Assembly (NCBI GenBank): GCA_965645245.1 | Contig: OZ287078.1 | Coordinates: 558,001-622,000, forward strand | Direction: 5' to 3' | From: Massalongia carnosa | Lineage: Eukaryota | DNA length: 64,000 nt | Shown: one piece after another, positions 36,301 through 49,625 of the stretch | How the letters are laid out: every line of letters begins with the position of its first letter | Numbering within the stretch: position 1 is the stretch's first letter | Position numbers and translations under genes: made by a program | Notes under the pieces: model-generated | Databases searched by the model: none | What the model was told of the DNA's origin: nothing | What the model saw: only the letters and a program-made list of their open reading frames with translations

Positions 36301-39300
36301 TACGTCGACACTTCGCACCATTGGAAAACCAGTGGAGAGACAACATGTCCCTGTGTCAACCGTTACTTTACACATTCCCCTCACCACTTGCCACCGCCAG
36401 TCATCACTCCCGCTACAATTAGAGTCATGAATGGAATACTCTGGAACGACACAACCGGGAGACTTTCCGATGCAGCAAGACACGACGGCCAGATCAACTG
36501 ATGCCGAGGTCTTCGGAGCATGGTGCCGGCATTGGGATTTGGTTTGACAATAAGGGGTACTAGGTGTTTCGGTAACGTATTTTACTTCATACAGGGTACT
36601 CTTACGGTAGGTAATCTGATTAATCAATATAATACCTTCAGATTGAGTATGTACATACGGGTACCTGACCCTACCTACTCTGTACAGAGAGTACATGTTT
36701 CCCTACTCAGTACCCAAAAATGGCCTCAAGCCTTTTTGTTGCTCTTCACTCATGCGTTCAAGGGGAAGATGGTAAACCCCTTAGCTATCAATATAGTATA
36801 CTTACTCGGAAATTTCTAGCCCACAATCATCACTCTTATCCACGACTCACATTATCGTGTTGAGCCTATCGTCAGCCGCCCAGTCGAGACCATCGTTGAC
36901 CCTTGTCAGTGACAGCCGATAGTTACGATTTGTCGACTACTCTAGTTTCAATTTCTCCCGTTTGCTTCCGGTAATTGTGACGGCAAGCAAATCCTTATTC
37001 CTCCTGCCTTCAACGCCCGCAGCGGTTGCAAGGACCGTGTTGTAGACATAAATGTAACGTCCGCAGGAAAAGGGTTTACTAAACTACCAGGAGGCAAAAG
37101 GGGTTCGCTCAGGTCTCAGACCCTGCCTAGTGGATGATCCTCGTTGGCAAACAGGTGGTATAGCTTTTGAGATAATCTAGTGCTGCAGGATCGTGTCAAG
37201 CATGTTGACGTTGAGAAAGGCTGTCTGGGCCCAGCTGGCTTTGGGCATTTTGTATGAATAGTCGCCAGTCTTCTAAATGGCACGGACGCCACGCTGAAAA
37301 ATCCTTGGGTGTGACTTGCATGCATCTTAATTGGTACACGATGCTTGGGCTTCGCTGGAAGCCTCAAACGAAGATCATGATTGGGAACTAATTCTCCTAG
37401 GACAACGGTGAGATTCCCTACGCGACCACGTCAGACTGACAGTGATCGATTGACGCCCATCCGGGTGCTGCCGTGATACCTAATGAATACTTTAGAACAA
37501 CGCGCCTCTAACAATGACGCCCATAGGCCTTGCGGCACAGATAATAACCCACTTTGCAGATCCCAGAATACAAACCTATGCTCCTCTCGAATCCCAATGA
37601 ACCCCACCTCCTCGTTACAACCCGTCAGACTCGTGGTTCGAAGCGCCCTTGTCAAGACGTTCGAAAGCAAGGCGATGAGCAATCCAACCTCCCCCTCAAG
37701 AGCGCTTTGATGGGGTATGCGTTCCCTGCTTCCAATCGGGCGCTGCAGATATCAGATGCGTAGCTATCAAATGGAAACTTTTTTGGGCGCTTGGCAAAAC
37801 ATCCTAGCCAACACTGGGAATGACATGTGCGTGGATGCATGGATCCGCAGCTAAGGGCCCGAAAAAACGTTTAAAGCTCCCTTCCGTACCGACCCTTGTT
37901 CCTCTTTCGGTTCCGGGAAATCATGGCGCCTTGATGGTCGTAGCTATCCAATGTCTCATTCAGCTTTGCCAGGGACTCTCAATTTCCCATCGTCTTACAT
38001 GAGCTTCCAACTCCATAGAGAACGTTGCACCGCGGAATGGTGACGCTCGCGAACTTGGATTGCTCGGCATTCAGAACTACCTTGTTAGAGTCAATTATCT
38101 CTTCCTTTGCCTTGTGGGTTTCCTTCCCCGATTTATACTCGGAAGTTGATCGCTATTCCACAAGCAGGCTTCTGACCAAAAGATACATTCATTCCCGTTG
38201 GGGAAGGAACCAGGCAGGGTGCAAGTTCTCATTCGAAAATCTGTACGCACAGGGGCATGGAAAACTATCAAGAAAAGGCACGCATCAAAGCGAGCAAGGG
38301 ACTGCCTTGACCGGAGTCAGATGATACACAACCAACTTTCCCTCTTCGTATCGGTTCGATCCTTCGCATATGTAGTCTTCTCAAAGTAGGATGCTCCTTG
38401 ACAGTGTATGGATCGACTGACGATTACGTCCTAATCAAATAGTTCGGTCAAACCCCACGCACTATCGATGATCGGGTATACTACAGAATTGAGCACGGTA
38501 GAAAAAGGCTCAACCTTTCGCTTACCTACCTACGTTACCTACGGCCTTGCACCACCATGACTCAGGTGTTGACGAAATGATTTGCGCCGAAAGTTGCTCA
38601 AGGCCCGCAGCTGGGTTGCTGCACTTGCATTCCTTCGCTGCAGACGCTCTACTCCTCAAAGGAGCAGGTGGTAAAGTTTTCCTCCATTAGCAAGTCATTT
38701 TTCAGAAGCTTAGCCTCAAAGGTCAAAAGTGGACGTCCGAAGTAGCAGTTTGCCATAGTGGTTTCTTCCCCATCAAGAGAATACTTTTTCGAGATACTTC
38801 CCAATATCAAGCGCTTGCCATATCTCATTACACTCGAGATTAACGGCAAGGTCTTGTTCTGGTCCTCGATGAAGTAGCCCGGAAGTATCGATACCTAGTC
38901 TAGGCTTCTGACACGTAGCCTTCCAAAGCTTTCCCACCGTTTTCAACCCCCTTTTTGTTATTGGGGTTCAGGTGATGTCGTCGGTTCGCAGATAGATGCC
39001 CATCTTTCTGAATTCAAGGAAGAAATCCAGCTTCCTTGATGATTTGTCCCAATCGATTATATAGAGAATTGCATTAAATTTGATCTTAATAGCTTTGCTG
39101 TTTTATCCTCATCAATATTTTGTATATGCAGGATTTTCAAGCCCAAATAAAACCCTTCATCTTTCTGCCCAAATCCTACTATGGTTCACGCCGTTCTCAT
39201 AGATTGGTATAGTAATGTATGCAATATATTCTCTGATATTGCGTTTACGAGGATAATGCGCCAGCTTAAAGGAAGATGCATACCATAACTCGAGACGTCA

Positions 39301-42300
39301 GGACTGGTTTTCGCAAAGAGTCGTCTTTCATCTTGACCAAATCTTCTCTCTAGTACGAGCAATATCTCGGAGAAGTCTTTTGACATTTCAACATCATCTG
39401 CTTTGCTCCTGATCGATCTCACTTTCATTTCGACATGGTCCTCTTGGATGGTCATCAGGAATACAGCATAATTTCCCAGTAAAAATATTCGCTGCCAGCC
39501 ATGCAGGCCAAACAGTCTCCTCCAGCAGGGTGGCAAAGTTGAACTTGCCGTTCTGAGTCTGATGCATGAAGCAAACAGGATCGTTAGTAAAGGTTAGGGG
39601 TAGGTCCACAAATGGCGCAGAACCTTTGGAGATGGCATCAAATAAAAGAACACCAAAAGTAATGAACGCCTATTCGCTTTGGATTACGTTGCTGTCTGTA
39701 CAACGCCAATCACTAGTATCATTGGATCTCTAAGAAACTTCTTAAGCTTGGGCTATAAAATCCAAGGGCGAAAGGCCCCTCTCCTCTCCTCCCTTGTACT
39801 GGCTGAAGCTACGCGCACCTCAGAAACCCTCCGTGCAAAAACCCCTCGATTCTACTAAAACCGAAGGCATGGAGAGGCATGCTTATGCTTTGGAGTTTTA
39901 AAATGACCTTGAGCACCTGTCTCCCGCACCAGCTGCCGGCACGGCTGCCTACTGTTTTCCCATAAAGGATGCTTATAGATGATGGGAACAGAAACATACG
40001 CTCCTACGGATATCGCCTCGCTCAATAGCATGGAAGACAGAAAGGTCTAGAAGGTTGAACTATTGATTTACAGCAAGTGGGTGCTTTGCGTTTTCTAACC
40101 CCCCAGAGTCTACAACTTCTGCAGTTGGAATAGTTCTGAATCCTTCTTATACACACAATCTTTTATTAACTCATTGAATACCACAAGAGACTACCATTTC
40201 TGCAGAGACTATGATATTCAATCTACGTTTGTGAAAGTGAAGCAGAGTACTAAATGTAGTGTTGGTTTCTTCACTTCGTATTCAACTTTCCGTGTAGCTC
40301 AGACCCGCCTCAGCTCAATCTCCCCGACATATATCACCTTTCCCGTCAAGAAAGCTTACTCTAGAGCATACTCGACTCCTCAAGGTTCTAATTGTACATA
40401 AAAGAAATTAATCATCGCCGACTAGTTGTTATTTCTAAGCTAATTGGAGTTTCCCAAGCGGAGACTTCGCTCTTCATTTGAAAAGAATCGCTCGACTTCT
40501 CTACTATACTATACTTCCAATCTTCTAAAAGTATTCCGCACTCGAGCTGCTCCATAAATCATATTGAGCCGACTGGCGGTAAGCAAAAGTACATTTTTCC
40601 GAGTCTCTTCTTACAACAAAGCACGCGTTCCTATCTCCTTCAAGTGAGACCTTCCGCTGGGATGGATAAAAATTTTCACACTTTCTTGTCTTCGTATGCT
40701 AACTACTTTGATCCAGACTTTACATACACAAACCCGCAAGCACTTAGCGGAAGTACAGATCGGGGGTTCAGGAGTCAACTAATGGCGTTGGCTCGTCCAG
40801 GAAACACATTTGACATTCGTACCATTTATACAAGCTTGGAGCGCTGGAGACTGGCTGATCGGAATACCTAGTTATTATTCTTACCTGGACCGATTTTCAA
40901 ATTTAGAGACCGTGAACTCATTCATGCAAGAAGCATGCGAAACGCAATAAATAGTCATAACGCACAGTCCCTTTCATGGACCATGAGTGCCACTTCCGGT
41001 CTCCCTCTAGACGAATTGTCCATGCTTTATGCAGTCTTCCAATCCAGTGAGCATGAGCGATTGAGGCTCTCAAACAATATCCTCTATGGTACCGGGCTTT
41101 GGGGATATTGGTTACGATTTTTGCTACTTCATGGTAATCTACTAGATACTTGATGTCATCGCAGGTGTTTGAATGCTATGAACGCCGAGAATTCGAGACT
41201 CCTTTTAGCTTCTTCTTGGTTGGGTCTAGTTGTGTGAGTAAGAAGGTCAGTTGGTTCTTTGCCGAGGACGAATATCTCAATTACTATATGTAACATTCGG
41301 TCAAACAATTCCGAGTAGCTCAATCATCTTTAAGAGCATAGAGGTGATTTCCGAGTGACTAGGTACATTAGCCTCGGCCGTGCACTCTTCCTTTCTTAAA
41401 AATCATCATCCAACAGACAATAGTATACGGAGGAAGAATGATCTCTCACGATTGCTCTTCGGCTACAAAGCTGCCTCAATAAAAGCTACCTAAACAGCTC
41501 ACAAGCTACGGTTCTTTTTTCTCTAGGTATCGGGCGCTTGTAATTGCTGCCAAGAATTCCCTAGACTCACTAAATGCCTGCCAGAAAAGACTTCAGGTTT
41601 GGTGGATACTAACTACTCTCCTCTCGAAGTATACAATCTATTAAATCACGTTTATTTTCAAGGAAGAGGAGCACATGGTGTACTAACCAATAGATCTTAA
41701 GCTAAAGCAGCCGATATACAACACGGAGAAAGGAGAGCTATCTTCTTTTTTTTGGAAATAAAACCGGTAGAACAAGTGGACTGTTTGAAGGAAAAATTTC
41801 CTTCCTCAACCATTGCCAAACCCACAAATACGAAATTCCCCCAGAATCGATCAACCAATATCATCCATCTCTGGCACCATAGCTTTCTCCTCCTTAACTT
41901 GCCTCCATACGCTGCTCTATCAGCAAAAGGGTGCAAGAAAACCAGTTTTAGAGGCGCTCTATTACTAGCGGCCAACAAAAATCAATTCGAAAGGAGTTTC
42001 AAGTCCCGAGCCTTCTAGTATGTACCACGAAAAAGCTCGTTTACTAATTTTAACTAGGTACTCTTAGCTAGCGATAATGGAGGTAGGAAGATTGGCGGGT
42101 AGATGGAGTTATTGTATTTGCCTGGTCTCTAAGATGGCTTTGCTGAAGAGCGGGCTGGTTTTTTAATAATTTCCTGCTTTGGTACTTTGGGAGGATGGTT
42201 TTATCTAATGGTTGCTTCTTGGCTTTTGAGCTTGTCTTCAATCTCTTGCAGTCTGTGTGTACGGTGCTCCGTATAGTGTGATCCTCTTTCTTTGATTCCC

Positions 42301-45300
42301 TTTTTTTCATTCATATTCGCTGATTTATATCGTTGACATAAATTTCTCACCAACAACACTCAGCAGAGTTTAAGGACATCAGGTATAAATCACCAATCTT
42401 CGTTTACGCAAGAGGATTTCTTTCTATATCACATTTGAGGGGAAAATCTTAGGCCAAAGATCTACTCTTTGGTCCTTCGATCTTTCTGAAACACGACGCC
42501 GGAAATAGATCTGAAGTATACGCAATTCGGCAATCAAGAAGGTCAATCCATAAAATCGCTGGATGGCAATGTGACGACGCTCTGTTTTCGGGAAACACCC
42601 AGAGTATCTCACAAAGAACAACATCCGTTGAAGCCAGACTAACCATAGGAGTCTTTTTGGTCGGAATTATTGTCTGCGAGCTTCATCATCGACAATCAAT
42701 CAATCAATCGTTTTAGTAGAATAATCGATATCAACCGCGAACATACCATTCCGCCAAAGCGCTGATTCCTTTAATTCGTTCATCGATTCCCGAATGAACA
42801 TATATAGATCAGAACATCCCACAATTGCTTTTGCCATGATACAAAGGAGTCACTGTCGATTGACGGCGAAGTTAAAAAGAGCTAAACAATTCTTCTTCCT
42901 TGTATGCATAGAAAACTCAGGGTCAGAAGAGAATGATCTTGAATGATGACGTCCCCATCGAATCTACACACCGTCAACGGGATTCCAGTCACTGTTCCAT
43001 GACCGCTAGCAAAACTAACCAAGACATTTTGGATTTGGTTCCGATTCTCCACACCGTCCATCATCGGCGCGACCACTCCTCCTCGATGATGGCATTGTGC
43101 GCGGTGGCATCGCATCTGGTGGGCGCATTGGCGCTGGATGCGGGACACATAGCGAGAGAGAGAGCGGGTTGGCATCAGGTGGATTCGTGCATCGAGTCAC
43201 TGATTGAATTTTATGTTTGCAGTGGGAGACGCTCGGGATGCGCGTTCTGGAAACACGATGAGAAAAATGTTCTGGTCGACATAGTAGTGATATATATACG
43301 AGCGAGGCAGGTTGGTGAGCGCTGATATGTCGAAGAATGTATCTGGTTATGGGTCCATCAGCCCAGCAACTTCAGCATTCTTTTCTTCTCATGAAGAGAC
43401 GGAATTCTCTCTCTCGGATTCTCCAACAATTCCACTTTGGTGCGGATGCTCCTACTTTTATTATATACTATCTTTCCAACCTTCCTCCTCTCTTCCACCT
43501 GCCGCCTATTACCCCCATATGCTCAGCTCAGCTCAGCCTAGCTTATGCTTTCAAAAACATAACTCGTCTACGTTATTTTTTTCTTTCTCTTTTCTCTAAT
43601 ACGTGAAGCTGGGCCAGGCTCTCCGAGAAGGGGGGGAAATTGCAAGATATTGACCATCGAAACCCGTTTTTTTTTAGACATTTTAACAGAAACAAAGAAA
43701 CAAACAAGCATTGAAAGGAAAAGTCCAATGACACCCGCATACTGTGCACGTGATCGAAATGCGAGCCATACATAAGCTTGGCGGAAGAGATTTCCTCTTT
43801 ACTGCCTTCCCAAGTTTACCGTCGATCCCATCGGGATCCTCGGAAAAACCTGCCTGAGCTCCCTGTGAGTAAGTAGGAAAAGTCGAGAAGTGAAAGCCGG
43901 AGAATTCTGCTACACTTAATATGGCAGAGGATGAACAGGGACAACGAGGTGGATTGATTCTCTTAGGGTTGAGTTCTGTTAGTTCCGCCTACGATATTCA
44001 TGAGCGTCTTGTCTCGCCAGGCCACCTGAATTTTTAAAAGATAGGAACATCAGGGAAGCATTACACCGATTAGCTGAAAGCTTAGGTCTCTAATCGCCCC
44101 CTTTTCAAATGGCAGCAATAACTAGGTAGTGCGAAGCTTTGGTGGTTATGTATGCGTGTTTCGTGGAATACTGAGTAAAAATCGAGAAGAAAAAGAAAAA
44201 AAGAAAGACTATACCGAAAGTCCTGTAAACGGCCATTCCAGATCCATACTTACCTACCATGCTCGTGTTATGCCTATCTATACCTAATTATACGAAGCTA
44301 GTAGGGAGCGCATTGATTGCGTACCTGGATACTCAAAAAAAGGACGATGTGCGATCACTCAGAATTCAAAGATCTCTTATAAGATGATTCGAGGTATGCC
44401 AAAATAAGGGCCACATACCCCCTCCTCAAGCCAGCGTTTCTCCTATTTTCTACCACAGCGCAAGCTTGTTTGGGAGAATATGATGAGGGTACCCTGGGCT
44501 TGTTTAAATATGAGAAAACGGCACTTGAAATATTTCTTGTTGAGGATTGCAAGAGATCCTCGGCAGCTCATTTTATTATCTTTTTCTCAGTGAAGCATTC
44601 GTGCATTGCGAGTCTTTAGTCTTTCTTTCTTTCCTTCTTTTCCCTTATTTTTCCCGATATTTTATAGAAAGCCACTCTCACACCCCTCAACTCCTCCTAT
44701 CAATAAAGCTTCTTGGCTACCCCCGTCATAGTAGCCATGGTCATTATTATCATATAGCCCAACTATCTGTCGCGCGCATTTTCAGCGACATGCCATCATC
44801 CCAATTTTACTTTTCTCGCAGTTTAGGGTTGAGATCTGTGACTATAAGAACTCGGGTTTTGGCTCAGTGGCTCCTCAATCATCATCAACCGGCGCTTTTT
44901 GCTTCTTGCCACCACCCGATTTTGCTGATAGGGAGTTTTTTTTATTTTTAAAGCTATTGCGCGGTCGGGTTGGATGGGGATATATGGGATATATTCCCCA
45001 CGATTGGTATATTATACTATGAGACATAAGGAGACTTGGGGTGTAGTACTGCTCGGTCTTCGAGCTTTTTTATGGGGGGGGGGGGGGTTCGATTTATCAG
45101 TTAAGGATTTTTGCCTAGCTTTGCGCAGGCTTGGAAGAACCCCAAGAACTGTTTATTTGTCCGGTATTTCGTTGATCTGGATTTCCTCATGACGATCCTC
45201 GAGGTTTGTTGCCGGGGGATCGGGTTTCGTATTTCATTCGTTTCACTTTCCTTTAAATCAAGAATACTATCATCCATAGGAGGACTGCGGAGACACTTTC

Positions 45301-48300
45301 GGCTCTCGAGGTAGACCCTCCACCATAGAGGGAGTTTCCAAGGTATATGCTCCGAGTACCCTCCATTGCTATGGTCATACATACTTCAAGTCCCCATGCG
45401 AGAAGAAAGGAAGAAGGTGAAACAAAAGGTTTGAAAATCACCAACTGTGGGACTTCGAGTTGGATGGGGTTTCGACAACGTTTGCGGAGTGGGTAAGACT
45501 TTTATTTTAGGTATGCCCAGGGTAGGGCAAAGATCGATTCACTCTGGAGAGTTGTGTCCTTGGGATATAGGTGTTCTACAGTTCTCACTCGATTGTTGAT
45601 CAACGTTACAATGAGTCCCTGGCAGAGATCGAGTCCTTGTATCGGAAAATTAGTTCTCCGCGGAGAAAGACGAGTATAGAAGATGCACTATTCGTCTCGT
45701 CGATTCTCTTTGATCAATCACACTTTTCTATATATTATTCTCAGCCCCTTATTTGAAATTAATTCCTTTATATTAAAATTATTATGTCGTCCCAGCTTCT
45801 ATACATATATGAACTTTGGAAGCTTCCCTCCACGGTGGGTATGAAAATGGATTATTCTCTATATTCCATGTTTCGTTGGCCCTACCAGGTTCGCATCCTG
45901 GCAACATACTACGCCAGTCAAGAATGCCTTGGTCTTTTCCTGCGTACTTTCCGCGTTTGCGTTCACCGACAAGATGCTAGTCTTACCATGATCAAATCAC
46001 CCCAGGTTGAGAAGGCACACTAGATAACTCGAAATTTACTGTACTGGAAAAACCACACTTGAGTGGATAAGTCAGGTTTTTTAAAGAATGGTTTATCGAT
46101 CAAGATTTTTCATGTAGCAGTGTCACAGCGCCTGACGGCATCGGTCAAAGAGCAGTATGCAAATAAATAAAGATAGATTTTTTTAGGCGTGCAGGCGGGG
46201 CAGTAATTTTGTTCCTGACACTTTGATGGATCTGAAGAAGTTATTAATGATTTATTGTTGTGATCAAACATTTTCTCGATTGTGCGTTTGAGAAGATGAC
46301 AACTTCGTCGAGCTGAAAGTTTGAACGTTGAACGATAATTAAACAGCAAGTTAGTTTACTCTAGTAACACTTTTACCATGCGGCTGATGAGTCAAAACTG
46401 TGTATGTGGGCAAGATTTGAAGAAATAGTGATACTGTAAAGAAGACGGCCTAGAAGAATGCATGGCTCCAATTGTTAGTGTCAAAGCGAAGATTAGTTGA
46501 AGAGAAGTAGGTTCAGAGCCGAGTTGGGATCTCTCAGCCAAATAGAAGGATTTTTAGCAAAGATGGAGATTATCGATGGTCGGTGGATTAGATATATGGC
46601 TTTCAGTGTAGAAGGAGAAGAGGAAGAAGAAGAAGCATGATTTACGGAAAGAGATGGGCCAAGACAGAAAGATCCAGCTACTCTACAGTCATTCATGCTT
46701 TAAGGTTGAGGTTTTTAAAAGAGGCACTAGATGGATATAATTCTACTATATTCTGAAGTCATGGAAACTCAGCCTAAACGGTTTCTTCAATACCGGAGTC
46801 TTTATATCCCTTTTATGAGCTTCAGGAATTAGTAAATGAACGATGTCAGCGCTGTTCTTCCACTATATGAAGCTACATGTGCTGCTCTTGAATTGGATGC
46901 CGACATCTTCCTCCCGGCAAAGGCGAGGACCCCTGGTTTTAAATTCAGGCTATATAGCGAATAGCAGCTGTGGCTTAGCTGATGCGTATTGAAAAGTATA
47001 TTTTTGGCGGATTGCTCGCGGATTGCGTGAGGCGTTTGTAGAAACGTCTTTCTAATCAAGATAACAAAAATGAAACGAAGAAGCACTTTGAAGCATATCT
47101 TGGAATGTATTCCTGATCCACGAGGGGTTGCGAATGTCATCATTGAAGAAGAAAGACGTCAACTTGGACGAGTCTGTTTTTGAAAAACAATGAATAGTTA
47201 AGAAATTATTCAGATGTTTGTTGCAATCAAGATAAGTTGAACACTGACAAAATAAACAATCGAATGATAATTTAAGGTGATATGGTGACTTAGAAGGCAG
47301 AAACGTACCTTCCCCATCTAGTTAGCTCAGTTAGCCATAACCGGCCTTTCGGCCTGTAAGACTGAATATCAAAAAAAAAGAGTTCAACAACTGGCATATT
47401 ACGTCATTTTGGCTCGTGGGGCGCTTTTTTGGAGAGGAAGGAAAATCTGTCATTTATAGCTCATAAGTTCGACAATGACTGAAGCTGAGGAACTATAAAT
47501 GAACAGGAGGTTTGGTTAAATATCTTCGGGCATAAGATATACATCGTTCGATGCGGGAAGTCATATACCAGGAAAAACCACCCAAAAAAGTACCTATCTA
47601 GCATGGCATCTACCTCCAGGTTTACGGAATAGCGCCATCAACCTCTATCAGTCAAGATCACTCAGGCTTGATTAGCGATAGTCGAAAGAGGGGGAGGAAA
47701 AAAGATGCGTCAGCGATTTATTCTTTATCTAAATTTTGTTCTTCATGTTGTCCGAGTCGGTTTCAATTTCACAATGTTCTCATCTTTTGCTGCCGGCTCA
47801 AGAAACTACTTTTTCTTCAAGTATGGCAAGCGAAGGGTTAGAAAACAGTTGTCGAAACTTTGGGTTTGATAGGCTCGGAACATTTCTTCCGGCACTCTCA
47901 TTTCTGGATTTAAGATCATTGACATCATAGCTCGTTGCTTCTTATGCCTGGTAGATGAAGATCAGGAATGGTTTTGTTTACTTTTTTTATCTACGTGGAT
48001 TTGACGGTAGCAGAAGCGAGCTTTGCGAATCGGGTTGATATTTTCAGTATTTTTTACCAGAGAGCCCAAATAAGAATATGAAGAAAAGGGTCAGATTTAG
48101 AATTCTCCCTTGATGGGGGGTTTTCCCCTGAATAAAGAATAGGAATAGGTTTAAATATATTTTAGGATAAGGGTTCAAGTTACTAACCATGGAAATTTTG
48201 AAGCTCCTGGAAACCTGTCGAATTCTCGGATTGGCATGGACAGCACAATGATCAAGAATATTGAAAGCTGCGGGTAAGCAAGAAGTCTCTATAAGGAATC

Positions 48301-49625
48301 TTTAAAATAAAATGCAATTATTGTCAAGGTGCCCTTCCCGATTGAGACAAAAGCGTACATTCTCTATAAAATTCGTCCTTCCTGATAGCAATTTGAGTTT
48401 CACCCACTCACGTTAGTGCACTTCTTCATTAATACGATAAGCCACAAGAAACCAATCTTATTGCGCCATCTTTTTCAGCTTGCTCAAAAAGTCAAAAGAT
48501 TCTGTAAAGGCAACAGAATGAGACAGTTTAGGAGATACTAACCGGAAAAACAAGATTAAGAGCTTCTGACAGCATTTTACACCTTGTTCTTTCCCTTGAG
48601 CATCATTTATAGGATCTTTGACGGATGCTGCTTGAGGGATTTGCAGTTCTGGAGAAACACTGCTTTATGATTTCTGAGGCTCGGGAAGAATAAGGGAACA
48701 ACGGCATTCTACGAGCAAGCTATCTCAAAGTACTTTGGAGTATATAAAGCTATGCTAAATCGCCTAACAGAATGAAGATGCTTGAGAAAATGGAAGCTGG
48801 TACCTAGACCGAGATAGCTGCCGCACATAAAAATCTTGTCGCCACTAAAAAGAGCAACAGGAAATGAAACTAATTAAATATGCTTTCCCTAGATCCATTT
48901 ACGTGGCGGCGTAAAGACGTCCACCCATATAGGAAATTTTCCTCATAACCGTGATCGGAAAACAAATTTATTTGACAGACTTGCAAGATAGCATACACAG
49001 CCCTCGAGCTTCACTGATCAGCTCCTATTCAATAGCCCCGAACCCAGCCAAACAGTGGATTGGCAATATAAATTTCAATTGTAATTACTGCGCTGCCTGT
49101 CTGTCCGCCTTACTTTGCCGACAAGCCTCATTCTCTGTGATCTAGTCAAGGCCGATAACCGAGTCCTCCAGCACAAAAGACTCGGTGGAGGGGAAATGGG
49201 CCTGTAGAGGGTCTAGAAATCATGACCGCTGCGATCCATGCACGCGCTGCTGGCCAGTGTTCGCAATGGAGTGATTCTTAATGGATATCCACTCCATTTA
49301 ATCCACTCCAATCCACTCCAAAGGTTTTTTTTTTAAATGGAGTCCATCCAATAAGGTTTTAGGCTTAATGGAGTCACTCCAATAAGGATTTATCTAATGG
49401 AGTGGACTCCATGGAGTCCAATGGATTAGGGCCTAAAAATAGGTGGTGTTTTAGGTATAGCTCCAGGGGCCTTAAAGCTATGGTAATTCCCACATTTTAA
49501 GTGATATTTCACTTGTTTTACTGCTTTTATTCGTGTCAACCTACAAATATCACTTGCTATGGACTGAATTTGCTTCTATTTAAACTAGAAACCACCAAAA
49601 TCCGTCCCGAACCGTACTTGCAGTG

